From the NCBI GenBank assembly GCA_903894565.1, contig CAITQP010000006.1:32033-96032 (forward strand): a stretch of DNA of 64,000 bases, read 5' to 3'. This DNA comes from an uncultured bacterium. Lineage in GTDB: Bacteria > Patescibacteriota > Minisyncoccia > Phycocordibacterales > UBA9973. The position numbers were made by a program, and so were the translations under genes. The notes under the pieces were generated by a model. The model was not told the origin of the DNA and made no database searches. It worked only from the letters and a program-made list of their open reading frames with translations. Shown here in pieces: positions 19,866 to 29,964 of the stretch (positions within the stretch are counted from its first letter, which is position 1; every line of letters starts with the position of its first letter).

Positions 19866-20537
19866 TTATTTCACGCTAAACGGATTGAAGTTTGTGCCGA
19901 CGTCGTAGTAGTCTTCGCTCTCGTGCTTTTTCAAAAAGCCGATGACCTTGTAGGTAAGTGGAGTAAAGAGTACTTCGACTGCTGTTTTGAAAATATAATT
20001 TGAAACAATGAGTGTGATGATGATTGATGTTGGAAAAACTCCCCAGAAAGCGATGACAATGAAAAGCATACTATCGAGCAACTCTCCAACGATGGTGGAG
20101 CCAATCGTGCGGGCCCAAAGCATTTTGCCCTTGGTCCAAATTTTCATTTTGGCGAGAATGTATGAGTTCGAAAATTCTCCAGCAAAGTAGGCGATGAGAC
20201 TTGCGATGACGATGCGTGGCGTGAGTCCGAGAATCGCGTCATATGCTGCTTGGTTGTCCCAGCCAGCCGCTGGTGGAAGTTTGCCAACGACGATGAAGAT
20301 AACTGACATGAGCAGGGTCATAGCGAATCCAAGCCAAATCGTCTGACGTGAACGCTTGTATCCGTATACTTCGGTAAGCACGTCTCCGAAGATATAGCTG
20401 AGGGGGAAGAGGAGTGTTCCACCATCAAAAGTAAACCATTTGAGATCGACAATTTTTGAAGATGCTACGTCCGAAATAAGAAGAATAGAAACAAAAAACA
20501 CACTAATTGCCCCGAGGTATTTGTAATTTTTTTGCAT
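19866..20537 (-). CDS. yhhQ: queuosine precursor transporter (YhhQ/VUT family)
   Basis: FPLSYIFGDVLTEVYG, RIVIASLIAY, RTIGST. Confidence 0.9.
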   Translation of the reverse strand: MQKNYKYLGAISVFFVSILLISDVASSKIVDLKWFTFDGGTLLFPLSYIFGDVLTEVYGYKRSRQTIWLGFAMTLLMSVIFIVVGKLPPAAGWDNQAAYDAILGLTPRIVIASLIAYFAGEFSNSYILAKMKIWTKGKMLWARTIGSTIVGELLDSMLFIVIAFWGVFPTSIIITLIVSNYIFKTAVEVLFTPLTYKVIGFLKKHESEDYYDVGTNFNPFSVK

Positions 20538-20590
20538 AGTAGCGACATGATAGCATATCCGAGAGATATAAATTATGGTACGCTTTAGGC

Positions 20591-21925
20591 ATGAAATTGC
20601 GAAAGTATTGGGATGTTTTGGTGATTACTGTGCTTGGTGTATTCATTCACATTCTTCCATTTTTTTTCTATGGTCGCGACTCGCTTGGATATGATGGAGG
20701 TTTCTACCGTCGCTATATTATCGAGCACACAAATTTTCTCCACAGCGTTCCTGGGCTCGGAAGTGAAGCCATTGTTCCTAAAATCACTTTTGATATTTTG
20801 AACTTTTTACACTTGCCGACGAATGTCATTTTGTATGGAAGTTTCATTGCCCTCTACTCGCTCACAGGAATCATGCTCTTTGTTGTGCTTTCAAAATATG
20901 CGAGTAGACAGGTAGCCTTGTTCGCGCTTGTTTTTTGGGTGCTCTCTCCTGTGCAGTATTTTGGATATTGGTGTGTGCTCTACAAAAATATTTACGGTAT
21001 TATGCTTCTTCTCATTGTCGCACTTCTTATTGAGAAGCGTTCTGCGTGGATGTATCTTGGTGCCGGTCTCATCGCGTGTACTCACCAAACGACGAGCGTT
21101 GTGTTTCTTATGTCACTTGCTGTGTTTGCCGTGATAAACAAAAAATACAGACGAGAAGCAGTGTTTATGTTTTGTATCGCTTCCTCAATACTCGTTGCGT
21201 TTCGCGCACAGAGTATCGGGGCAGATCTCGTGACGTTGCCACAAGCGAGTTTCTTGTCGTGGCATCAGTATCTAATACTCTCCGCACCTATTCTCGGGCT
21301 TTCCGCCATTGGTATCTACCCGTTTTTAAAAGCGATGCGTTTTAATTTTTTGTCCGCATTCTCTCTTGTTGCAATCATCTATCCGATATCACACTTGCCG
21401 TTCTATCAAAGAATATTTTTATTTTCCGATCTTGCACTCATTTTGATGGCATCATATGGGGCGACTCTGCTTGTGGGGGAGGATCTCGCAAAACGACTTG
21501 CTCCAGACAAGAATCTCGGCAAGATTTTTCTTGCGAGTTTTTTGATCGGGATGAGTCTTATGTTGACGTACAAAGTCTCAACACTTCGCGCGATGGTAAG
21601 TGTTGGCCAGCTTGTTGAACTTGAAAAGATTGATTTGGTCATGCCAAAGGGGAGCTACATCCTCACGACGTCACAACTCACTCCATGGGTTGAAGGATTC
21701 AGTCACATGCACGTGATTGCCCCAACACTGCTTTACGATCATCATACGAAAGCTGAATGGACAGAGTACTGGAATGCGACTCGGCTCACAGAACGCACGA
21801 GCTTTTTGGATAGTTTCCCTAAACCGCTGTATGCTTTCCTCCCTCATAATCAGCAAGATATTTTTATGCCCAAAGAATGTACACTAAAACTCACCACATA
21901 TATCTCAGTGTATACATGTCAGTAA
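20591..21925 (+). CDS. polytopic membrane protein, GT-C glycosyltransferase-like
   Basis: LGYDGGFY after TM1, about 11 TMs, soluble C-terminus. Confidence 0.6.
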   Translation: MKLRKYWDVLVITVLGVFIHILPFFFYGRDSLGYDGGFYRRYIIEHTNFLHSVPGLGSEAIVPKITFDILNFLHLPTNVILYGSFIALYSLTGIMLFVVLSKYASRQVALFALVFWVLSPVQYFGYWCVLYKNIYGIMLLLIVALLIEKRSAWMYLGAGLIACTHQTTSVVFLMSLAVFAVINKKYRREAVFMFCIASSILVAFRAQSIGADLVTLPQASFLSWHQYLILSAPILGLSAIGIYPFLKAMRFNFLSAFSLVAIIYPISHLPFYQRIFLFSDLALILMASYGATLLVGEDLAKRLAPDKNLGKIFLASFLIGMSLMLTYKVSTLRAMVSVGQLVELEKIDLVMPKGSYILTTSQLTPWVEGFSHMHVIAPTLLYDHHTKAEWTEYWNATRLTERTSFLDSFPKPLYAFLPHNQQDIFMPKECTLKLTTYISVYTCQ

Positions 21926-22089
21926 TTTTTACTGGATGCGAAGGGGACAATTGTCTATTACAAAGGTCTGTGTGATAATCTAAGGTATTATCACGCGTAT
22001 ATTCAAGCTCTCGGTATTGTTGGACCATTAACACGAAACGCCATGGCTAAGGTGCTCGGATCAATTCAATAAGAAGGCATTTCTGATGT

Positions 22090-22123
22090 AATTCAAAAGC
22101 ACCCTGTTGGGTGCTTTTGAATT
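22090..22123. terminator. hairpin terminator
   Basis: aattcaaaagcacc-ctgttg-ggtgcttttgaatt. Confidence 0.7.
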
Positions 22124-22161
22124 GAGGGGAGGGGTAGCAAGGAGTAAATTTCTTGGGTCAA

Positions 22162-22950
22162 CTATCGTTGACCACTGCGATGTCGTAAGGTAAGTTTCTC
22201 AACCGACTCTAAAACAATCTTTTGAACATTTTTGTCGAAGATAATTTTGTGGTGTCCTTTTACGGGAACTTCGATGTTTTCAGCACCTTCGAGGAAACTC
22301 CCTTTTTCTGCCCAGACGTGGTTGTCGTATTTAGGGCGTATTGAAATGATTTTATGATTTATATCCTGATGTTTTTCTAGATCACGAATTATTTTGCTGT
22401 CATTATCCAACTCCTTGAGCGTGTCGAAAGGTAAAAGTTTCGCCATCGCCGAGCCGGAGAATGGTGTCGCAATGGCAACCATGCCCAGTACCTCGTTATC
22501 TTTGTTGTAATGGGCGAGAAAATATTTTCCAATAAGACCACCTTTGCTATGAGCGACAAATACGACACCTTTTAGACTATTCGCTTCAATAAACCTTTTG
22601 ATAACCTCAGTTCCTTTTTCGAGTCTTGGCACAATGTGTCCTCTTTTAGAAAAAATGTGTTTCAGGGAAGCACGAATAATTCTTGCTGAAGATGGAATAC
22701 TGAATACGTTATATCCAAGCTCTGGAACAACATATACAGGATGTCCATGGAGCGATATTTTGTCTCCAAGCGATTTCATGAAGCTCCATTTACCTAAGAT
22801 TCCCGGTATTAAAATAACAGGAACTCTCCCTTCCGCTGTGTAGTTAAGGTAGTGTTCGGGAGGCTTTCGGTATATCAAACCTTCGACTGCTCCGCGAAAC
22901 ATGTATTTGTAATCCGAGAGCCAGGCGGATACTTTTTTGTGGAAAATCAT
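22162..22950 (-). CDS. alpha/beta hydrolase (lipase/esterase-like)
   Basis: PVILIPG, AHSKGG nucleophile elbow, ATPFSGS, GHH. Confidence 0.85.
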   Translation of the reverse strand: MIFHKKVSAWLSDYKYMFRGAVEGLIYRKPPEHYLNYTAEGRVPVILIPGILGKWSFMKSLGDKISLHGHPVYVVPELGYNVFSIPSSARIIRASLKHIFSKRGHIVPRLEKGTEVIKRFIEANSLKGVVFVAHSKGGLIGKYFLAHYNKDNEVLGMVAIATPFSGSAMAKLLPFDTLKELDNDSKIIRDLEKHQDINHKIISIRPKYDNHVWAEKGSFLEGAENIEVPVKGHHKIIFDKNVQKIVLESVEKLTLRHRSGQR

Positions 22951-23042
22951 ACGGTTAGCATTATACAAAAAGCCCTCACTATAAGGAAGAATGAGAGGTG
23001 CTGACGAAGAACCATTTTGTCTTCGATTCACTCGGATCAGAG

Positions 23043-24056
23043 CTATCTTTTCTCCAGACTTTTCAGTACCTGTAAGTATAGATTTTCAACTATTTTTTCC
23101 TGGGGTATTCCCAGTTTCACATAGTGGTCAAGACCTGGGGCTGCGTTGATTTCGAGAACCCAGTACTTGTTAGGTTCTTGAGAAATATCTCCATCGATCA
23201 TTACATCTACTCCACACAAACGGAGATTCATATCATTTGTTAAGCGGACTGCTATCTTTTTGAAATCAGGGTGGATCTCTTTCGTAACATCAACAGAATC
23301 TCCACCCGTCGAAAGATTTGCGTTATCCAAAAGATATACTCGCTCACCATCAGGAGGGATAGATCGTACTGTTTTGCCTTGGTGCGCGAGCTTTATTTTG
23401 ATCCGAGGATCAGTCATTTTTATTTGCGTATCGCGTTTTTCAGTAATAAACTTTTTCTGTTTTTCTTTCAGGAGTTTTTCGATTGTTGACTTTCCGTTAC
23501 CCGTCACGCTCAAGGGGATTCTTTCATATGCTGAAATTACTTGATCGTCCAACACGACGATTCTGTAATCCTTTCCTTGAAGGGCTTTCTGTACGAGAGC
23601 AACGCGATCTCTTTTGAATATTGAACGCAACGCTTGGTACAGCTCCTTCTTATTGCGAACAAGAGAAACTCCGGAACCCTGACTCCCGCTGTTTGGTTTT
23701 ACGATCACAGGGAAGCCGATTTTCTGTGCGAAAATATATGCGGCGTCAGTATTCTTGTGTTTACTGCCGATTGCCTCTGCCCACTCTTTTGAAAAGAATG
23801 TTTTGCTATTGGGCACAACGGGGTACCCTAATCGTTTCATAAATATACTCGCGTAGTCTTTGTCTTTGGCAATATCTGATGCTCCAACGGGGTTGAGATC
23901 GAGCGTGTTGTAACGAAAATATGATTTCCTTCCGTTCTTAAAGGTGATTTGTCCTGCGATATTCCACTCAGGCTCAAGAAAAACCGTTGCGCCGATTTTT
24001 GGAGCGATTTTTTTTAGCATTTTACCGAGAATGAGGGACTCTTTCTTATTTTTCAT
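23043..24056 (-). CDS. ATP-grasp ligase, cyanophycin-synthetase/GshAB ATP-grasp domain only
   Basis: PVIVKPNSGSQGSGV, DYRIVV, ANLSTGG, LEINAAPG. Confidence 0.85.
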   Translation of the reverse strand: MKNKKESLILGKMLKKIAPKIGATVFLEPEWNIAGQITFKNGRKSYFRYNTLDLNPVGASDIAKDKDYASIFMKRLGYPVVPNSKTFFSKEWAEAIGSKHKNTDAAYIFAQKIGFPVIVKPNSGSQGSGVSLVRNKKELYQALRSIFKRDRVALVQKALQGKDYRIVVLDDQVISAYERIPLSVTGNGKSTIEKLLKEKQKKFITEKRDTQIKMTDPRIKIKLAHQGKTVRSIPPDGERVYLLDNANLSTGGDSVDVTKEIHPDFKKIAVRLTNDMNLRLCGVDVMIDGDISQEPNKYWVLEINAAPGLDHYVKLGIPQEKIVENLYLQVLKSLEKR

Positions 24057-24444
24057 AGAGAACAAATACTCGAATCATAGGATAGTCCTAATTATTTTTG
24101 CGGAGAGCGTCGTGTTAGAACCAAACGGTTCCTTACCCTGTAAGGCTTTGGGGACTACTTTCAGTATATCATTTTGACGCGTCTCGTGCGGACTAAAAAG
24201 TGACAAAAGTGACACTGCATAACTAGGAAAATGAGACAAAATGGGACACAAATCTGGCATTCTGGGACTGTCCCATTTTATATTAAACAACGATTCTTAA
24301 CTTTGTAAATACTCTCGGGTCATCACGGGTTATGTTCGTTATTTTTGACTAAATTGAATATACGTTGTAATGTATTGGCGGATAGTTTTTTGAAAAATTA
24401 TATTTAGTGACCACAGCAGGTAGAGCCTTTTGTGGTCACTAAAT

Positions 24445-24768
24445 ATGACAAATATGGAATTTCATCCTTTAATAACGCACATTGTTTGCGAATCACTTCC
24501 TAACGTAGCTGGGATAAAAAAACAGGCATCTCCGATCTGTTCTTCAACAGAAGATATCGCTCAAAATCATTACTTTTTAGGATATGCGGGTTCACGAAGA
24601 TTGCATTCAGACGATCTAAACAGTTCCGAGATTTATGCTTTGAAGGAACCTCTGGCTGTCACGAGATTGGCTTCGGTATGGATAGACAGCGATCGTAATG
24701 TATATTTGGAAGAACCAAATGTCTCAAACGACCAATGGAAACCAGTAACTAATTTTGGTATAAAGTAA
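24445..24768 (+). CDS. hypothetical protein
   Basis: Open ORF in island; start uncertain. Confidence 0.45.
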   Translation: MTNMEFHPLITHIVCESLPNVAGIKKQASPICSSTEDIAQNHYFLGYAGSRRLHSDDLNSSEIYALKEPLAVTRLASVWIDSDRNVYLEEPNVSNDQWKPVTNFGIK

Positions 24769-24816
24769 AAATTCACTAAAAAAATCCTTCGAGTAAAGTA
24801 GGAGGTACACAGACAA

Positions 24817-25140
24817 ATGAGAAGCATCTTGTTTATTATTATCGGACTTAGTGTTTCGTCCGCAATGTTTTCTGGTGTAGTTAGCCATGCGCTGGCTACC
24901 GATAACCAAAAGAGTAATTTCAGAAAAATTAATTCTGCTTATTACTCCTTCGTAAAAGCACGTGAGCACTATTATAATCACGAATCTCCATTGGACAGAA
25001 GTGCCAGCAAATTATTCTTGGCAAAGATGAATACTTCTGGAGAAGAATGCTTAAAAGAAATTCAAAGCGGATACGAAAGCGATGAGGCTTTCGAAATCGA
25101 ACAGGACATAAAAAACACAATGTCTTGGTCAACAATGTAG
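24817..25140 (+). CDS. small secreted hypothetical protein
   Basis: AGGAGG upstream; signal peptide ...VVSHALA. Confidence 0.65.
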   Translation: MRSILFIIIGLSVSSAMFSGVVSHALATDNQKSNFRKINSAYYSFVKAREHYYNHESPLDRSASKLFLAKMNTSGEECLKEIQSGYESDEAFEIEQDIKNTMSWSTM

Positions 25141-25256
25141 TGTTGTGTTTAAAAAATTACTGAATCGGCGGATACAATATATCTGCCTTTTCTTTTACCT
25201 AAATTGTACAAAATGGTTATGTTTGTATCCAGATACACGAGAGTTGTACACACCCC

Positions 25257-26087
25257 TTGCGCGAGTCGCATACTAAGTATGGATTTTTAAAACAGGTTCT
25301 GTCTATCTCCGACATTGAATCAAAATTTTCCGTGTACCACACCGCTTGTATGCAAGGAAAAATCGCTGGCGGAATCATTGCTGAGGGATTCTCGTTTAAC
25401 ATTCTTCAATTCGTTGAAAACGCTATTACCTATCTTGAAAAGTCGGGAGTCCATTTTTTTTGGAATTCTGGTATTCAAAAAATAGAAATCAATAACGGAG
25501 TTGTTGAGGGCTTGGTAAATTCAAATGGAGAACTTCTTGTTGCTGACCACTATTCAATAAACCCCGGAGCATACGGCAATAGCATGCTCGACAATACCCC
25601 AGCAAAGGGCAAAATCGGTGGTGTCGCTGGAAGATGGATTATCATGCCCAGACCTAATGGATACGATATGCCCACTAAAATTCACGGCGGACAACGAGAG
25701 GGATTCCCTGTAACAGACAACAATCTGACACCGTTTATTCAAAACGGAAAACCCATGTGGGCTGTTGGTGGAGGGTATGTGTATGTTGGAAATAATAGTC
25801 AAAATTATCCCGACCAAGATTCATACGGAATCGTCGATTCAGAAAACGAAAGAACAATCAGGATTTTCACGGCTGATTTTTATGAATCAGCAAAAAAGAA
25901 TAATGGAATTATCGTTTGGCAAAAACCGTGTGTACGATCATTTAGCTACAACGATGCTCCTATTCATGAAATTTTACCGACTTCTCGCGGAGGTAAAATG
26001 ACAATTACGGCGGCTAGTAACACAGGAACTACAACTATTGCTCCTTATTTAGCTAAATGGACGGCGGACATTTTCAATCAAAGCTAA
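25257..26087 (+). pseudogene. FAD-dependent oxidoreductase (DAO-like) C-terminal fragment
   Basis: ADHYSINPGAY and NTGTTTIAPYLA resemble the DAO C-half; no N-terminal GxGxxG and no good start. Confidence 0.55.
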
Positions 26088-26226
26088 GCACAAGTACTAT
26101 CATATAGCCCGAGGAATTTTCCTTGGGCTATTTTATTTACAAAAATTACCAACACCCTGTTGCTGGGTTGGGTATCAAAAGTTTGAATGCAGAACGAAAC
26201 ATACACAGACAAGTCAGTGTATAAAA

Positions 26227-27471
26227 TTAATCTTTTTTGGAATTTGAAACTATGAATCGCGCTCGTTCGAGCAGTTCGTCAAAGGTAATCACCTCTGGTG
26301 ATGTCATGTTTTTACGGAGCAATTCAAAAGAAGAAAATTTCTCCTTGTTAATTCCATGCTCGGTAATGAACTCTGATAGGCAACCAACTATCAGATATGA
26401 TTTCGGTTGATAGGAGTACACTATCTCACCGTTCGGGTTGCCGGCATCATCCTGACCGTGAAGTTCTGTGCTCAAGTTCTCAACTGTCTTTTGTGCTGTC
26501 TTCTGTGCCTGTGCAATTCCTCCATTGAACTCATCCGATGCTTGCCAGCAATCCGCTCTATAGGCTTCTTTGACGAGTTTAATAAGGGGTGTCTTATGGG
26601 TCTTGAGTTCCACGAGGCATAGCGAATTAACCGCTCCTGTCGTTTTGAGCACGGCATCCGATCGTTTTCCAGACCGTGAAAGATCCGATCCTTGCACAAC
26701 CTGTTCAAGCTTCTTGCCCTCGAGGGGCTGGTTGAAAATGAAGTTGAGGCCATAGCCGAAAATCCATGGATTCGCCTCAAAGAAGTGTTGCCACACTGGT
26801 TCGATGCCGGCCTTCTTGATGTCGTGCTCCTTGCGATACACCTCAATGAGAGCGTCATCAGTCATGAGCTTCTCAAACACCTCGAGCTGTGCCTTTCGGT
26901 ACCCGATGTTCACGATGTCCATGGTTGTAATGTTTCCGCTCCCTATTGCTTCAACCATAAGTGCTTGACCCTCTGCTGTGGACATGACGTTGTTGAACTG
27001 CTTCACCGTCTCAGGGTCTAAACTGGGACTGTTGCCGAGTGGAATTCTGCGTTCGTTGATATCATTGAGATTAAGTTTATCCAACGACTGGAGAAAGCCG
27101 ATGAGTTCCTTAAAAAAGCGAAATGAGAATACAATCTGTTCATCTTGTTCAGCCCACCCCTTCTTGTAGTACTTGAATCGCTTGAATGAAATATCCTTAA
27201 TGTAACCATCACCTGCTTTCAGGAATGTGAGAGTGGTTTTGATTTTGTTTCGTATTGGCCATGGGTGTTCTGCTTCTACAGAATTTGGAACGTCGGTGTC
27301 GTCAGAAGACACAACAGTAAAATATTTACCGTCGCCTCTGCCAAAAGGATTAGTATAGAGATTATCTACACGATAGTTGTTGACTATCTCCGCCTCGCCT
27401 GGCTCAGTCAAGGTAGCAGGCATGTCTTCCGTTTCTGAAAAATCTATAAATATTGGTTCGTCGTCGTTCAC
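26227..27471 (-). CDS. Shedu (SduA/DUF4263-like) anti-phage nuclease
   Basis: WQHFFEANPWIFGYG, D..., VELKT, GIAQAQ, FELLRKN...EVITFDELLERA. Confidence 0.85.
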   Translation of the reverse strand: MNDDEPIFIDFSETEDMPATLTEPGEAEIVNNYRVDNLYTNPFGRGDGKYFTVVSSDDTDVPNSVEAEHPWPIRNKIKTTLTFLKAGDGYIKDISFKRFKYYKKGWAEQDEQIVFSFRFFKELIGFLQSLDKLNLNDINERRIPLGNSPSLDPETVKQFNNVMSTAEGQALMVEAIGSGNITTMDIVNIGYRKAQLEVFEKLMTDDALIEVYRKEHDIKKAGIEPVWQHFFEANPWIFGYGLNFIFNQPLEGKKLEQVVQGSDLSRSGKRSDAVLKTTGAVNSLCLVELKTHKTPLIKLVKEAYRADCWQASDEFNGGIAQAQKTAQKTVENLSTELHGQDDAGNPNGEIVYSYQPKSYLIVGCLSEFITEHGINKEKFSSFELLRKNMTSPEVITFDELLERARFIVSNSKKD

Positions 27472-27594
27472 ACCCGAAGCATATCACTCATACTGACCAT
27501 TCTCAAATTTGCACCTAATTGTGTTCTGAAAGTTACCAACAAATAGGAATTTCAGGGTCTATACTTTCCAGCCGTTCTGCGTCATCCATTAGAT

Positions 27595-27945
27595 GTGGAC
27601 GACATCGACGAGGTCATAAAAAGAGCCGATCATTACCGTTTTGACGATGCGCCCCGCGCGACGGTTCTGAACGCTATTTCGTCGCTGTCGTCGTCCAAGA
27701 AGAATCTCAAACGGTCTATAAAAGAAAGAATCCGATTGCTCGCAGGAGCATATGTTTCGCTAGCGACTTTCGTATCCGATGAAGACTTTGAATATGTGAA
27801 CGGCTTGCACGGTGAACCAGATCAAGAAAAAGTAAAGGAGGTTTTCGGAAAAGTATTAGTTGAAATGGACAAGCTCCGTAAGGACATTGAGGGCTTCGCT
27901 CTTACCGAGACAATAGAAACGTCGCCGACTGCTGAACGCTCTTAG
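27595..27945 (+). CDS. hypothetical protein
   Basis: 116-aa ORF upstream of LSR1. Confidence 0.55.
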   Translation: MDDIDEVIKRADHYRFDDAPRATVLNAISSLSSSKKNLKRSIKERIRLLAGAYVSLATFVSDEDFEYVNGLHGEPDQEKVKEVFGKVLVEMDKLRKDIEGFALTETIETSPTAERS

Positions 27946-27976
27946 CAGACCTAGTGTTCTCTGTCATTAATTATAT

Positions 27977-29296
27977 ATGGAGACATATACCACAGCTCGT
28001 ATTGGAAAAGAGATCATCGCACCAGTTCAAAAAATTAAGTACGTTCTGTATGCTCGTAAATCGACTGAATCAGAAGAACGGCAGGTTCTGTCGATTGATT
28101 CGCAGATCAAGGAAATGCTAGATCTCGCTGAACGAGAGAAACTTGAAATTGTCGAGATCAGGCGAGAATCGCACTCGGCAAAAGAATCGGGTCAGCGACC
28201 TGTATATAAAGAAATTTTGGAGGACGTACGGCGAGGACGGTTTAATGGAATTCTGACATGGGCACCTGATAGATTAAGTAGAAACGCTGGCGACCTCGGA
28301 AGCATTGTCGATTTAATGGATCAGCAACTACTCATGGAAATCCGTACGTACGGACAGCAGTTCAAAAATTCACCAAATGAAAAGTTTCTTCTAATGATTC
28401 TTTGTTCTCAAGCAAAACTGGAGAACGACAACAAAAGTGTAAATGTAAAACGAGGACTGCGAACGAGAGTTGAGATGGGATTATGGCCTGGACCCGCCCC
28501 GACTGGCTATATGAAAGAAAAACGAATGGATAGAAAGTGCGAAACACTTCTTGACCCAGAACGAGCTCCCATCATTAAGAAGATGTTTGAAAAAGTCGCA
28601 TACGAACATTGGAGCGGACGAAAGATATATAACTGGCTCAAGTTTGATCTTAATATGAGAACCGCCGCAGGAAAGAAGCATTTAAGCTTAGGAAATATCT
28701 ACAAGATTTTGGACAATACTTTCTACTATGGCGTTTTTGAATATCCGAGAAAATCAGGCAACTGGTACACGGGAAAGCATGAAGCGATAGTCACCAAGGA
28801 ATTATTTGACCTTGTTCAAGCACAAATAAAAAGCAATGTGCTGAGAGTAGAAAACAAAGAATTCGCATTTACTAAAATGATGACCTGCGGATTATGCGGT
28901 TCGGGTATATCGGCAGACGAGAAATTCAAGAAGCTCAAGAATGGCGGTGTCGCTCGGTACGTCTACTACGGCTGTACTAAGGCGAGAGGAGTTGAGTGCA
29001 AATGCGGATACACCGAGGAAAAAGAAATTTTGAAACAATTTAATGAACTGATAGAAAAAATCAATTTGAACGAGATAGAAGTTAAAGAAAAAATAAAGGC
29101 TGATGTGGAGAAATTCACTAAGCTACAGAAATTCCTTTTGGGAACGAAAGAAAAAGTCAGCACCAACAGCGTTGATGTTCGAGGATATGCAAAATTTGTC
29201 CTGAAAGAAGGAAGCGATATTGAGAAGCGAGAATTGCTTGGTTGTTTGAAGAGTAGAATCTGTTTAGCGAATAAGAAAATCACCTTGAAACAATAA
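27977..29296 (+). CDS. large serine recombinase (resolvase + recombinase + Zn ribbon), LSR1
   Basis: YARKS catalytic Ser, DRLSRN, GKHEAIV, CGLCG...YYGC. Confidence 0.93.
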   Translation: METYTTARIGKEIIAPVQKIKYVLYARKSTESEERQVLSIDSQIKEMLDLAEREKLEIVEIRRESHSAKESGQRPVYKEILEDVRRGRFNGILTWAPDRLSRNAGDLGSIVDLMDQQLLMEIRTYGQQFKNSPNEKFLLMILCSQAKLENDNKSVNVKRGLRTRVEMGLWPGPAPTGYMKEKRMDRKCETLLDPERAPIIKKMFEKVAYEHWSGRKIYNWLKFDLNMRTAAGKKHLSLGNIYKILDNTFYYGVFEYPRKSGNWYTGKHEAIVTKELFDLVQAQIKSNVLRVENKEFAFTKMMTCGLCGSGISADEKFKKLKNGGVARYVYYGCTKARGVECKCGYTEEKEILKQFNELIEKINLNEIEVKEKIKADVEKFTKLQKFLLGTKEKVSTNSVDVRGYAKFVLKEGSDIEKRELLGCLKSRICLANKKITLKQ

Positions 29297-29300
29297 CGAC

Positions 29301-29957
29301 TTATTTTAATTCAGGTATCATAGTCATGATGTCGTTTGTGGTGCTGTCAGACTTTTTTATCACAGTACTTCTTTCCATATCCACAAAATTCCTTTGACCG
29401 CCAGTCTTGCAGAATGCTCCCCAGTCACATTTATACTTGAAGCAATCGGGAAATATTCCAATGAAACTAAAGTTCGTATTGTTTTCTTCGTTTACTATTA
29501 AATACACGGCACCTGAGTTCGGATTCATCTTTTTTATGTAATCTGAAACCAAAACGTGATCAAAATGCTCTTGTCTTCTGACAAAGCCAACCACCATATT
29601 CCCCGCATAATCTTTATCTTGAAGTTTTCTTTTAATTGATTCTTCTATCTTCTCGCCCTTATCAAACTCGCTGATCTCAAATATCTCAACTGGTTGCTCT
29701 GATAGGCTGTTTCCTTTGCCGTCAGCGCGGGGTATCAAACGCATCGCCAAAACATCAGGCGGATCTTTTTCAGGTATTTGAATCCACCATTCAGCAGGCT
29801 CTGCTTTTGCTCGGCAAATCAAAGCAACCGCACAAACCCATGCTTCCTTGTTTTTATCTATTTTCTTTTGATTTCCCGATTGTACAGTTCTCGCAATTTC
29901 ACTGATTACGTAATTGGGAGAAAACCAGATATTTTTACTATAGGGTCGAATTGCCAT
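29301..29957 (-). CDS. hypothetical protein, possible PD-(D/E)xK-like fold
   Basis: KDPPDV...VEIFEI; adjacent to the HEPN-like gene. Confidence 0.55.
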   Translation of the reverse strand: MAIRPYSKNIWFSPNYVISEIARTVQSGNQKKIDKNKEAWVCAVALICRAKAEPAEWWIQIPEKDPPDVLAMRLIPRADGKGNSLSEQPVEIFEISEFDKGEKIEESIKRKLQDKDYAGNMVVGFVRRQEHFDHVLVSDYIKKMNPNSGAVYLIVNEENNTNFSFIGIFPDCFKYKCDWGAFCKTGGQRNFVDMERSTVIKKSDSTTNDIMTMIPELK

Positions 29958-29964
29958 AATTTTA

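Noticed and set aside
23043-24056. Calling this cphA (cyanophycin synthesis)
   Set aside because: Only ~340 aa, lacking the Mur-ligase domain, and no cphB nearby.
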